Positions 38,294-47,452 of a stretch of 62,838 bases of DNA are shown here, one piece after another (the stretch's first letter is position 1; every line of letters starts with the position of its first letter). A program made the position numbers and the translations under genes. Source of the DNA: an uncultured virus (IMG/VR IMGVR_UViG_3300033121_002345). Its lineage: Duplodnaviria > Heunggongvirae > Uroviricota > Caudoviricetes. Below the pieces are notes generated by a model, which was not told where the DNA came from, did not search any database, and saw only the letters and a program-made list of their open reading frames with translations. The stretch lies in IMG/VR virus record IMGVR_UViG_3300033121_002345; one strand, given 5' to 3'.

Positions 38294-38975
38294 TTAGAAG
38301 AGGCCTTCCCAATTTCCGCGGACGTAGTCCTTGTAGCGGATCTTGGTTTCCTTGCGGTGGTCCGTGACGATGCCGTCTTGGGCTCGGATCGTACGAACTT
38401 TGTCGCCACGCATGCCGGATCCGACCTGCTGACGTCGCTGCTCGTCACGAGCCTGTGCCTTCTTCGTGCTCTGCATCTCGTGGACGCGAGCCCGGAGGAG
38501 TCGGTACGCTAGGTCCCGATTCTGGTGCTGCGAGCGCTCGTTCTCGACACGCACACGAATCCCCGTAGGGATGTGCGTCATCTGAACAGCGGTCTCCGTC
38601 TTGTTTCGGTGCTGGCCTCCAGCTCCCGAACCACGACAGGTGTTCCATTCGATGTCCCGCTCTTCGATGCGGAGCACGGCCTCGGAAGGCTCCTCCAGCA
38701 CAGCTACGGTGACAGTCGATGTCTGAACACGTCCACGTTTCTCATTTGGCGGGATTCGCTGCCAGCGATGTCCTCCCGCCTCCATCTCAAAGGTCTTCTT
38801 GGCGTTCTTACCACTCGCCGAGAAGCTCAGGAACCCAGCGCGTTCTTCGATCAGAACGCAGTCAAAGAGACCTCCGGTCCATCAGCTTCGCATACACAGC
38901 GAACTGCTCGTGAACCAGGGCCTTTGCATCATCTCCGCCCTCACCGGCGCGGATTTCTACGATCACGTTTTCCAC
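38294..38975 (-). CDS. Peptide chain release factor (RF1-like, no domain 1), expressed via programmed +1 frameshift
   Basis: GAGGAG RBS + GTG 38975; frame 0 [19 protein letters not shown] at 38867-38861; +1 frame [41 protein letters not shown]. Confidence 0.88.
38861..38875 (-). promoter_or_regulatory. prfB-type +1 ribosomal frameshift cassette
   Basis: GGAGG-TCT-CTT-TGA-C: internal SD 3 nt before CUU-UGA-C. Confidence 0.88.
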
Positions 38976-38985
38976 GGCACTCTCC

Positions 38986-39324
38986 TCAATTCAAGAACTG
39001 AGTCAGGCTGACGGTTGGAGCCGGCAACTTGACTCCGGGTAGCCCGAACAGGAGGATTCCTGTTCTGGAGGCTCTGAAGGCATCCGTCATCTCGATGATG
39101 CGGAGCCGGTAGTCTTCGGACAACTCGTAGTCAGCGGGGACTAGCAGCGCGCCCTTGTAGTCGTCGCTTGCCAACCATTTGGCTAACTGGATCCGAAATT
39201 CCTCAGAGTCGGCATCGTCTTCATCCTTTACGTAGCGGCTGAAGGAGCAGCGGCTGTTCCGCTCCCCGTTCCTCGCGCCGCAGCAGAGGCAGATGAAGTC
39301 GTAGGTAGGGGCGTCCTCGACCAT
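38986..39324 (-). CDS. Hypothetical protein
   Basis: 112 aa with N-terminal Cys cluster. Confidence 0.55.
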   Translation of the reverse strand: MVEDAPTYDFICLCCGARNGERNSRCSFSRYVKDEDDADSEEFRIQLAKWLASDDYKGALLVPADYELSEDYRLRIIEMTDAFRASRTGILLFGLPGVKLPAPTVSLTQFLN

Positions 39325-39430
39325 AGGCCTGAAATAAAGGGAAAGCGACGGAAGACTATGTCAGACACAGACTGGTGCGAGCCGTTCTCCACTCGTATCG
39401 CGCCAGCTAAGGACGTCGGGTTTGGTCAGA

Positions 39431-39820
39431 TCACTGAGCAGATTCCGGCGTTTCCGCCTTCTTGCCGACCATCCTCTTGAGGTGGTCAAGCATGAAGCTG
39501 AGACGTGTCCTCAGCTTCTCCTTAGTCTCTTTTGAGGCTTCTGGAAACCAATCTGGAAGCTCGACTTCGTTGACGCGATCTTCCAAAGCTTGTGCTACTG
39601 CCTGGGACTCTGCGGACACCCGATGCTTCCAGCGGCTGGTACGTTGAACTTCCCGGCGTAGTACTTCTCGGTCTGTGGCTTCGATGAGCGCTGCACCTGC
39701 AGGAGAATGCTGCTTGATGGCGTCGAGCGTGAAGCAGACCCTGTAGCCCTTGAAAAGGTAGTGGCTGGCCAAGGAAACGAGCACTCCGCTCTTGGGGGCG
39801 GTAACGAATTCGGTAGACAT
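39431..39820 (-). CDS. Hypothetical protein
   Basis: 129 aa, GGAG RBS. Confidence 0.6.
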   Translation of the reverse strand: MSTEFVTAPKSGVLVSLASHYLFKGYRVCFTLDAIKQHSPAGAALIEATDREVLRREVQRTSRWKHRVSAESQAVAQALEDRVNEVELPDWFPEASKETKEKLRTRLSFMLDHLKRMVGKKAETPESAQ

Positions 39821-39966
39821 TAGTAGTACTCCGTGGGGGCTAGGACTTACATCAAATAGATAACGTCTTTCTCTGGCGGACTAACTTTCTGGTCTTGACG
39901 CTGCTTTTCGTCTGATTACCCTGGCTTTCACGCTCGGGCATTTTCAAGGCACGAGCACGGAGGAAC

Positions 39967-40308
39967 ATGTCGCTCGCAATCTGGGAACCCTTTCTGACTC
40001 GTGAGTTCTTCGATCGCCCCTTCTTGACGAAGGATTCGTACGTCTCCAATATGGAGAAGGAGATCCTCTTGGAGCTTGACGCCCCAGGCATGAGGGCCGA
40101 GGACATTCAAGTCTCTGTGGACAAAGATGTACTGCTTATCGAGGGGAAGAGCGAAGCTCGACGCAGATCGTTCTCGAAACGCTACGTGGTACCAGAGACG
40201 GTGGATGAGTCCGGTATCTCCGCACGTCTCGTAGACGGAATTCTGAGCGTAACGCTCCCGAAGCGAGAAGTACCGGCAGCCAGAAAAATCTCTGTTCTCG
40301 CGGCGTGA
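39967..40308 (+). CDS. Hsp20 small heat-shock protein
   Basis: LDAPG...EDIQV, FSKRY..P..VD...ISA.L.DGILSVTLPK, C-terminal ISV. Confidence 0.92.
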   Translation: MSLAIWEPFLTREFFDRPFLTKDSYVSNMEKEILLELDAPGMRAEDIQVSVDKDVLLIEGKSEARRRSFSKRYVVPETVDESGISARLVDGILSVTLPKREVPAARKISVLAA

Positions 40309-40319
40309 GGGGAAAAGAA

Positions 40320-40353
40320 AAAGGGCTCGGAGGCCGAAGCCGCCGAGCCCTTT
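40320..40353. terminator. Terminator hairpin between convergent hsp20 and nadE
   Basis: AAAGGGCTCGG...CCGAGCCCTTT with A-run on the left (U-tail for minus strand). Confidence 0.75.
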
Positions 40354-40371
40354 CCTGTCTGGAGGCGATGT

Positions 40372-41313
40372 TCAGATGACGAAGAAGTCGATCTCCGACC
40401 GACGCGGGCCGGGCGGCGGCTCCGCCTTGTGGCGCGAGACACGTTCCATGTGGAACGCCTTCTCGATGATCTCGAACTGGCGGTCGGTGAACTTGTCCGC
40501 GTACTCCTCACGGAAGGCGTCCGAGGGCTCCAGCTTGCTCTCGTCCGGAAGGCCGTCGTCGTAGAGGTCCACGCCCCCGAGGCCGAGGAAGTCGCTGTCC
40601 GTGGCGTCCGGCTCGAAGCCCTCGCGCACGGCGAGGATGTCGTGCGTGTCCGCCATGCGGGTCACCCACTCGATCTCGTCGTAGGTCAGGCCCAGCTCAC
40701 CCTCGTCGGTCTGGTTGCCGTCCCTGCCCCAGAGATCCGCGGTCGGAACCGCGTCGATCACCGACTGAGGAAGGCCGAGGTGCGCAGCGAGCTGGCGAAC
40801 CTCCGACTTGTGGAGGCCGACGATCGGGTTGTTGTCCACACACCCGTCACCGCGCTTCTGGTAGTAGCGGAAGACCTCGTCCTCGTCACGATTGCCCGTG
40901 CCATACACGAGCGAGTCGTACGCCTTTGCGACGAAGTCCAGCGTAGGCGCCCGGAGGCACGAACGCAGCGAGCCGTAGCAGAACTTCTCGTCAGCCCCGG
41001 CGGGGAGAGCGACTGCTCCCACGATCGACGTCCACGCGGCCTCCAGGTCAACGGTGATGCCGCGGGTGCCATAGCCGAGAGCTGCCTGCGAGGTCAGCAC
41101 CTCCTTGGCTCGCGAGACGCTCTCGCCGCTGCTGTGGCAGGGCATCATCACGCCCACCGTCTCGGGGAACGCCCGGCAGCAGAGGGCGAAGACGACGGCA
41201 CTATCGATGCCGCCCGAGAGGCCGACGCAGCCGTTGGTCGTGCGGCTCTCCTTCGCACGCTCCTGAATCCAGCCGACTAGGAACTTCGTGAGACCTTCCA
41301 AATTCGTGATCAT
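40372..41313 (-). CDS. nadE: NH3-dependent NAD+ synthetase
   Basis: GLSGGIDS, MP, GTGNRDE, K.GDG..D.NPI..L.KSEV, PTADLW...TDE.ELG.TY; RBS before ATG 41313. Confidence 0.9.
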   Translation of the reverse strand: MITNLEGLTKFLVGWIQERAKESRTTNGCVGLSGGIDSAVVFALCCRAFPETVGVMMPCHSSGESVSRAKEVLTSQAALGYGTRGITVDLEAAWTSIVGAVALPAGADEKFCYGSLRSCLRAPTLDFVAKAYDSLVYGTGNRDEDEVFRYYQKRGDGCVDNNPIVGLHKSEVRQLAAHLGLPQSVIDAVPTADLWGRDGNQTDEGELGLTYDEIEWVTRMADTHDILAVREGFEPDATDSDFLGLGGVDLYDDGLPDESKLEPSDAFREEYADKFTDRQFEIIEKAFHMERVSRHKAEPPPGPRRSEIDFFVI

Positions 41314-41396
41314 ACAAGACTCCTTCTCCAAACAGGAGAGGCCGCCCAAGAGCGGACGGCCCATCTACTGCCTAGTATCGACAGGGTTCACAGACC

Positions 41397-41828
41397 TCAG
41401 TTGGTCGTGTAGCTGATCTGCGTTCCGGGTGGGTACCCAACTACGGTGCTGCTCGTAATTGGTCCGCTCAAATCAGCCTTGCTGATCGTGATCGGAGGAA
41501 CGGACGGCTGAGGAACCGCAGTTCCGGGAGATGTGTAGGGAGAAACGATCGGCCCTACGGTGTAGGGCTGTGGGTACGGGTACTGCTGCATCTGCAGGGG
41601 CTGGTACCAGCGCATATTCGGATCGATGAAGGCAGGTGCAGGTGTGAAGGTGACCGCAGGCGGTGGAGCCGGCGTCTCATCCTTCTCCTCGACCAACTTC
41701 AGCTTGAATTCCACTCCAGCTTCGGTGAGGGCCTTGAGCATCTTGACCAAGTTCTCCTGGTCAACCTCAAGCTCCACGACGAGTTCGGGGGCTTCCTTCA
41801 CTTCAGAATCAGAAATCGAGTTCTCCAT
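41397..41828 (-). CDS. Hypothetical protein, Pro-rich C-terminus
   Basis: ORF from ATG 41828 with GAGGAG RBS. Confidence 0.55.
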   Translation of the reverse strand: MENSISDSEVKEAPELVVELEVDQENLVKMLKALTEAGVEFKLKLVEEKDETPAPPPAVTFTPAPAFIDPNMRWYQPLQMQQYPYPQPYTVGPIVSPYTSPGTAVPQPSVPPITISKADLSGPITSSTVVGYPPGTQISYTTN

Positions 41829-42096
41829 CGGACTCCTCCTCTTCATACTCTTCGTCCTCTTCTTCGAGAAGACGTTCATCTGCGGGTTCATCTTCCTCTT
41901 CGAGATGTTCCTCTCGGAGGTAAGCGATCAAGCCTCTCATGGAAGGAAGAAGGTTCTCCCCGTTCTCCTCCATCCAATCTTCCTCGCCTTCTAGCTCTCC
42001 GATTCGATCTTCGAACCAGGTGACCAACTCCTTGAGCTGGGAGCTACTCTGATCGGTGAGGTAGATGGACTTCTTGACCTTCTTCTTACTCGGCAT
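41809..42096 (-). CDS. Small very acidic protein
   Basis: 95 aa, Glu/Asp-rich, AAGGAG RBS. Confidence 0.6.
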   Translation of the reverse strand: MPSKKKVKKSIYLTDQSSSQLKELVTWFEDRIGELEGEEDWMEENGENLLPSMRGLIAYLREEHLEEEDEPADERLLEEEDEEYEEEESDGELDF

Positions 42097-42475
42097 TTGG
42101 GCGAACGCTCCTTGTGAGACGTACCTTCACAGAGTACACTGCGCGTTCATCGCTTTTGAACTCGCTCGTTCGCTCAATTTTCTCTAGGCGGGGAAGCAGC
42201 TAGGGAGATCAACCAGTGGTAACGGGAGTGAGTCTGGGGATCGATCTACTGCTCCAGTGCTGAGATCCCCCGCATCCCCGCTAGTAGCCTTGGCGTCTAG
42301 AGACTGTTAACTATACTTACTTGTACCCAGGGGCCGGACGGCCCAACCAGGAAGAACGAGAGTGATGAGTGGTTTACAGTCTGACGTCTCGATCTCGTCA
42401 CTCCGACCTGTAAAAACGTACAAGTAGCCGAGATCCTTCGGCCTTCAGTCGTCTCACGAACTGCTAACGGAAACA

Positions 42476-43339
42476 ATGACAGCAACCATGCCTAGAACAG
42501 AGCCCTCTCCCGCAAAGAAGACCCACCTACGGCTCATCTCCGGGGGCAAGAGCGCAGACAATGCAATTCGTTGCCACGTCCATGGCGAGCCTATCGTCAC
42601 GGATTGCAGGCTGGGGGACTGCGTCTTCCACACCGGCTACCCCAACGTCAACAACTGCATCCTGGTCTACATGGCCAAGCAGGACGTGGACGCCCTCAAG
42701 GCCATCGACATTGGGATGCTGAAGAACATCCCAGCGAATCGAGTGGCCCGAGACCTCGCCCGAGCTACCACCTCGATGCGCAACGGCACCCTGAAGGTGT
42801 CGAACCACACCGACATTGAGCCCAAGTTCACCACGCTCCCCGACCTGGACGTCTGCTATTCGTGCGAAACGCCTATCACAGGCAGGCACAAGAAGACCTC
42901 GGTCGAATTTCGCCTCTCCAAGAAGAGGCAGAAGATCAGCTACTGCACCCCAAAGTGTGCCGAAGACCACCCGCCTCAGTTCGTTGCAGCCGAAATGGAA
43001 TGCAAGACAGACATTCGGACCGTCACCGAATGGGCCGTGAAGCGATATTCGACTTTGGGAGGTCTGGAGCAGGCCCTGGGAATGAACCGACAGCTTTTGG
43101 GGGACGCCCTGAAGAAGCTTCTGGGCCTGGACGCCGAGGAAATCTACTCAACCACCCAACGCGTCAAGACCCGCAGCAAGGCTTTGGTCCGTAGAACTGG
43201 CTCCAGACCCGAGTGGCTGAGCAAATTTTCGGACGTTTTGGCCCCGCTGGTTTCCGAAATGGAATCCCGGTACGGGGAAGCAACAATCGACCTTGGAGCT
43301 ATCTCAGAAGAGGTCCAAGAGGTCATCGATACCATTTGA
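42476..43339 (+). CDS. Cys-rich protein, possible transcriptional regulator
   Basis: C/H cluster, CYSC...YC...C (TRASH-like), HTH-like C-terminal segment. Confidence 0.5.
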   Translation: MTATMPRTEPSPAKKTHLRLISGGKSADNAIRCHVHGEPIVTDCRLGDCVFHTGYPNVNNCILVYMAKQDVDALKAIDIGMLKNIPANRVARDLARATTSMRNGTLKVSNHTDIEPKFTTLPDLDVCYSCETPITGRHKKTSVEFRLSKKRQKISYCTPKCAEDHPPQFVAAEMECKTDIRTVTEWAVKRYSTLGGLEQALGMNRQLLGDALKKLLGLDAEEIYSTTQRVKTRSKALVRRTGSRPEWLSKFSDVLAPLVSEMESRYGEATIDLGAISEEVQEVIDTI

Positions 43340-43417
43340 GTTTAGAGAAGCGGGAAAGACGCTTATCTACACCTGCATTGGTTCTAACGGGCATCTGCCC
43401 TCTCTAGGAGACAACAA

Positions 43418-44236
43418 ATGAGCATCCACGGTAAGCTTCTCGACCGCCTCGGAGAGAAGGTCAGTGAGAAGAATCTTCCTCCGCGTTCTGACATGCAGAT
43501 CGTGGACATGCGCGAGATCGACGCACTGAAGTGCAACGTCCTCGTCGCGTACGAGACCCACGTCGGAACTCCCCCGACGCTCGGCCAGCTTGAGCGCTTC
43601 GTTGCCGCTACTTTCAGCGGCAAGGTCATCGCCCAGACGCAGACCGCGCAGCTTCATGAGTCCGACGGCGCAATCAGCGTCTGCCTGACCATGAATTGCG
43701 ACACCCGTCCCGTCACGGATGCAACCGTGATGCGTCGTGTTGCGGTCAATGGTTACTTCGACGAGAGCACCGGCCATGTTTGGCAGGTCGTCGACAATGG
43801 CACCGCCAAGCACCTGATTCGCCGTACCGACGAGAACATCTCGGACATCGTTCAGGCCCGCATGGAGCGTGCAAGCCGCAAGCATGCAACCTTCGCTCGC
43901 GTTCGTCAGGCAGCTCCGATGGTCACCTCGGGTGACACGGTCCGCTTCTACGACGGCACGGTTCCGATGATCGGCAAGATCACGTCCCTCTCCGACGACA
44001 AGGCCACTGTTTCGGCCAATGGCAAGTCCTACTCCGTAGGTCGCGAAGCCATCTTCAACGTCGTCGAGCGTTCGTCCAGCGCGGTTTCCGAGGACCAGTC
44101 CTTCATGGAGGACTACTGGGCCCGTGCAGTTGGCAATGCGGACTTTGCCCGCAAGCTGACCAAGAAGATGAATCGTCAGGAAACCGACATGTCGAAGGAC
44201 ACCGGCTGGAGCGGAACGGTCGGCGAGAGCGAGTGA
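43418..44236 (+). CDS. Hypothetical head-module protein
   Basis: 272 aa, AGGAG RBS, first gene of the head operon. Confidence 0.7.
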   Translation: MSIHGKLLDRLGEKVSEKNLPPRSDMQIVDMREIDALKCNVLVAYETHVGTPPTLGQLERFVAATFSGKVIAQTQTAQLHESDGAISVCLTMNCDTRPVTDATVMRRVAVNGYFDESTGHVWQVVDNGTAKHLIRRTDENISDIVQARMERASRKHATFARVRQAAPMVTSGDTVRFYDGTVPMIGKITSLSDDKATVSANGKSYSVGREAIFNVVERSSSAVSEDQSFMEDYWARAVGNADFARKLTKKMNRQETDMSKDTGWSGTVGESE

Positions 44237-44451
44237 CCTCCGTTGGCAGGCTTCTACGCCTGGCAATTCGTCTGAAGGACGTCCAGAACCTTCTGAACGA
44301 AGACATCTCCGTTTCCCCGCATCATTACCCCGGCATTCTCACGGAAACCATGGGTGGTCCTGCTTTGAAAAAGAAGCAGCACCAGAAACACGACTCCCCT
44401 GGTCCGCGTGGGATTGCCGAGGTCGATGAGGACGAAGACGACGAATCATGA
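44233..44451 (+). CDS. Hypothetical protein
   Basis: 72 aa, coupled overlaps. Confidence 0.55.
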   Translation: MTSVGRLLRLAIRLKDVQNLLNEDISVSPHHYPGILTETMGGPALKKKQHQKHDSPGPRGIAEVDEDEDDES

Positions 44452-45077
44452 ACGCTCCTCAGTCCAACAACCCGTTCAAGCATCTCTCCAAAGAGCAGCG
44501 AGAGATGATTGAGGACGCCTATAAGGCAGGGAAAACCCCTGAGCAAATCGGCATCCAGTTCGGATTGGACTACGACGATGTCCGTTACTACGTCGAGAAC
44601 TTCATCGTTCCGCCCCGCACGCACTTCGAGCGCCTGCAAGAAATCGTCGATGACCTAGAAGACCAATGCGAAAAGACGAAGCTGGCGATCGATAACGGCG
44701 AAGGTTCCGCCATGATGCTGCAGTCCTACCAGCGGCTCATGGCGGAATACCGACTTGGGCTCGCAGAACTGATGGAGCTTCAGAGACCTCAGGACGTAGT
44801 TGACGACGTCTCAGAGAAGGTGTTCAAGCCATTCCTCGTCAGCCTCATTCGTTCCTGCACTGAAGAGACCCACAACCTCAAGCAGGAAATGATGAAGCTG
44901 GACGTCTCGCCGCGAGACGCGCAGGGAATCTCTACTGAGATCTTCAAGCGCCTCAGTGAGCGCATCATGGCTCTGTTGCCTGAAGCTCAGGCATCGCTGG
45001 ACAGCCACTTTGGTGTGAAGAAGACCGAACGAGAGGCTCGCGCTGCAGAGGCACGCGAGAAGACGACCCTGCAATGA
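44448..45077 (+). CDS. Candidate terminase small subunit (N-terminal HTH)
   Basis: GKTPEQIGIQFGL HTH, helical body, just upstream of large terminase. Confidence 0.45.
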   Translation: MNAPQSNNPFKHLSKEQREMIEDAYKAGKTPEQIGIQFGLDYDDVRYYVENFIVPPRTHFERLQEIVDDLEDQCEKTKLAIDNGEGSAMMLQSYQRLMAEYRLGLAELMELQRPQDVVDDVSEKVFKPFLVSLIRSCTEETHNLKQEMMKLDVSPRDAQGISTEIFKRLSERIMALLPEAQASLDSHFGVKKTEREARAAEAREKTTLQ

Positions 45078-45403
45078 CGATCGAGATCAAGAATTCCGAA
45101 CTTCAGAGCCGTTTAACACGTGTTGCCCGTGTTCTTGACCGCGTCCAGCGGTGGGAGCGCTTGGCCTTCATGGACGACGCAGAAGCGGATCGTCTCCTCG
45201 CGGAGCATGAAGATTCCACTGCGTGTGCAGGTGACATGGTCGCCTCGCAAGATGACGCCCCTGCTCCGGCAGGCCCTCGTCGGGACAAGAACAAGTCCCG
45301 GTACCAACTCTCCCCGGGCCACGCTCAGAACCTGAGCGATCTCCTCCGGAATACGGCGGAGACCAAGGCCATGAACAAGATCAGCAAGCTATTGAATGGC
45401 TAA
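45074..45403 (+). CDS. Hypothetical protein
   Basis: 109 aa, coupled overlaps. Confidence 0.55.
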   Translation: MTIEIKNSELQSRLTRVARVLDRVQRWERLAFMDDAEADRLLAEHEDSTACAGDMVASQDDAPAPAGPRRDKNKSRYQLSPGHAQNLSDLLRNTAETKAMNKISKLLNG

Positions 45404-47444
45404 GACCCCTGCAAAGCGAGTAGAGGAGGAGAATAGCCATCTTCTAGACCTCCAAAGCCTAGTTGATCAGGTCATCAACACAGGGCTGGACCCGTCTGTC
45501 TTCGACGTCGATCTAGACGTTCGTTTTGCTAAAAACGTCATCGACTTCGCCGTCGGCCCAGAGTTCATGAACATGAACTCGGTTTGGGCCAAGCAGGCAG
45601 AGCAGGCCGTTCGACTGTTCTGCGAGTGGTGCCCGAAGTGCAGCGACAAAGAATTCATGGACGACGTGCCGGTGGACGCTTCCATCGGCACCTTCCGGTC
45701 CAAGGTCGTGCTCTTGGAGCACGGAATCTGCCCCTCGTGCAAGAAGAACAAGCACGAACTCTTCGAGAAGCTCCCCTGGGAGCTGGTGTCGTGCCTTGGT
45801 CAGCGTTCCGGTAAGACGGCTCTGACGGGCGGCATCATCGTCCCCTACTACATCCATCGCTTCTTGGAGCTGAAGAATCCTGCACGATTCTACGGCCTGA
45901 TGGCGAACACTTTCTTCGAGGTGACTTTCGTCGCTGTTACCGCAGGACAGGTGAAGCGCACGCTCTGGACAGCCTTCAAGGAGGCAATCGCTCAGAGCCC
46001 GTGGTTCACGGACTACATCGCCAAGCTGAAGAAGGTTGAGCGCGACAAGGGCTTTGACAAGGGTACCCTCGTCAAGGTCATGGATAGCTACATTTGGTTC
46101 GGCAACAAGCAGCTCGGCTGCTCCTATGCCGCCGCCGACATGAAGTCTCTTCGTGGTTCGACTCGTGTGTTCACGGCTATCGACGAGCTGGGCTGGTTCA
46201 ATACGTCCAAGGACGTCGTCCGTGCCAACGCAGACGAGACCTATGCTGCGCTTTCGAACTCCCTTCGCACGGTGCGTTCCGCTAGCGATCGGCTGTGGAA
46301 GCACGGCGAGTACAAGACGCAACCCGGCATCATGGCGAACATCAGCTCGCCCAGCTCTCAGTACGACAAGATGATGGCCCTCCTCAAAGAGGGAGCCCGA
46401 GACAAGCGTAAGGTCTGCTTCCATCTTGCCTCGTGGGAAGCAAGCCCGCTGACAACGCGCGAGAGTCTCGAAACCGAAGAGCAGAACAACCCAGTTCATT
46501 TCTGGCGCGACTTCGGAGCCCGTCCTCCACTTGCTGACAGCCCCTTCATCGAGTCTGCCCGAGCCATTTCGGACATGCAGACTCCGGTCAAGCCGCTCAT
46601 CACCTGGCGTCCGAAGTTCATCAAGGACAAGGTCGACCCGGAACGCAATCGCTACATCGCTGCCGAGATCATGGGCACGATCAACGATAGTCGTGTCCGC
46701 ATGATTCCCCGTTGTATCTCCGTAGACTGCGGAGAAACGCAGAACTCCTTTGCGATCGGCATCTACCACCTTGAACCAGCCGGAGGAGAAGACGGCCTGA
46801 AGTTCAACCTTGTCGTAGATGCCATCATTGAGGCCAAGCCCGAGAAGATCCAGGAGACCGGCGAAATCATCCCGGTCCACTTCCCGACCATGTTCAGCAT
46901 CGTGAAGTCCCTTTGCGACAGGAACAAGGGCCTCCATGTGAAGGCAGTCCTCTACGATCGCTGGCAGTCCACCGGGCAGATCCAAGAATTGCGCGACATG
47001 AAGATTCGAGCGGAGAAGTACTCTCCCAAGGAGCACGACTTCAAGAATCTGCGCAATCTCGTCTACGGTGGAAACGTCAAGATGCCTCGCTGGGAGCACA
47101 AAGAGCTGACAGAGCTGGATATCACCGACGTAGGGAAGATCCGACTTGCCCCGTACACTCATATGGCCGTCCAATTCGCGACGGTTCGAGAGATTGGGTT
47201 GAAGGTTGTGAAGCCCGAAGCAGGTGACGACGACCTTTTCAGGACTACTGTGCTCGCCTCATGGTATATGAACGAGAACCAGAAAGACTTCCTGACCAAG
47301 GCTCTGGCGACGAATTCCAGTCAAAGAACTCAGGTAGGCTCATTAGCACTAAAGTCAGCAGGCTTCGGCACTTACCGAGGCGCCCGAGGCCGGACGAGCA
47401 TCGGAGTCGTAAGAACTAAGACCTCTTTCTACGGACGGCGATAG
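45396..47444 (+). CDS. terL: Terminase large subunit
   Basis: Walker A GQRSGKT, Walker B TAIDELG, coupling motif ISSP, nuclease ISVDCG, YDRWQS, DDL. Confidence 0.9.
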   Translation: MAKTPAKRVEEENSHLLDLQSLVDQVINTGLDPSVFDVDLDVRFAKNVIDFAVGPEFMNMNSVWAKQAEQAVRLFCEWCPKCSDKEFMDDVPVDASIGTFRSKVVLLEHGICPSCKKNKHELFEKLPWELVSCLGQRSGKTALTGGIIVPYYIHRFLELKNPARFYGLMANTFFEVTFVAVTAGQVKRTLWTAFKEAIAQSPWFTDYIAKLKKVERDKGFDKGTLVKVMDSYIWFGNKQLGCSYAAADMKSLRGSTRVFTAIDELGWFNTSKDVVRANADETYAALSNSLRTVRSASDRLWKHGEYKTQPGIMANISSPSSQYDKMMALLKEGARDKRKVCFHLASWEASPLTTRESLETEEQNNPVHFWRDFGARPPLADSPFIESARAISDMQTPVKPLITWRPKFIKDKVDPERNRYIAAEIMGTINDSRVRMIPRCISVDCGETQNSFAIGIYHLEPAGGEDGLKFNLVVDAIIEAKPEKIQETGEIIPVHFPTMFSIVKSLCDRNKGLHVKAVLYDRWQSTGQIQELRDMKIRAEKYSPKEHDFKNLRNLVYGGNVKMPRWEHKELTELDITDVGKIRLAPYTHMAVQFATVREIGLKVVKPEAGDDDLFRTTVLASWYMNENQKDFLTKALATNSSQRTQVGSLALKSAGFGTYRGARGRTSIGVVRTKTSFYGRR

Positions 47445-47452
47445 GAGAAACC

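Noticed and set aside
38294..38975. Release factor as a pseudogene
   Set aside because: The break matches the prfB cassette precisely and both halves keep conserved motifs
39325..39430. tRNA in intergenic gaps
   Set aside because: No cloverleaf or T-loop consensus found here or in other gaps by eye
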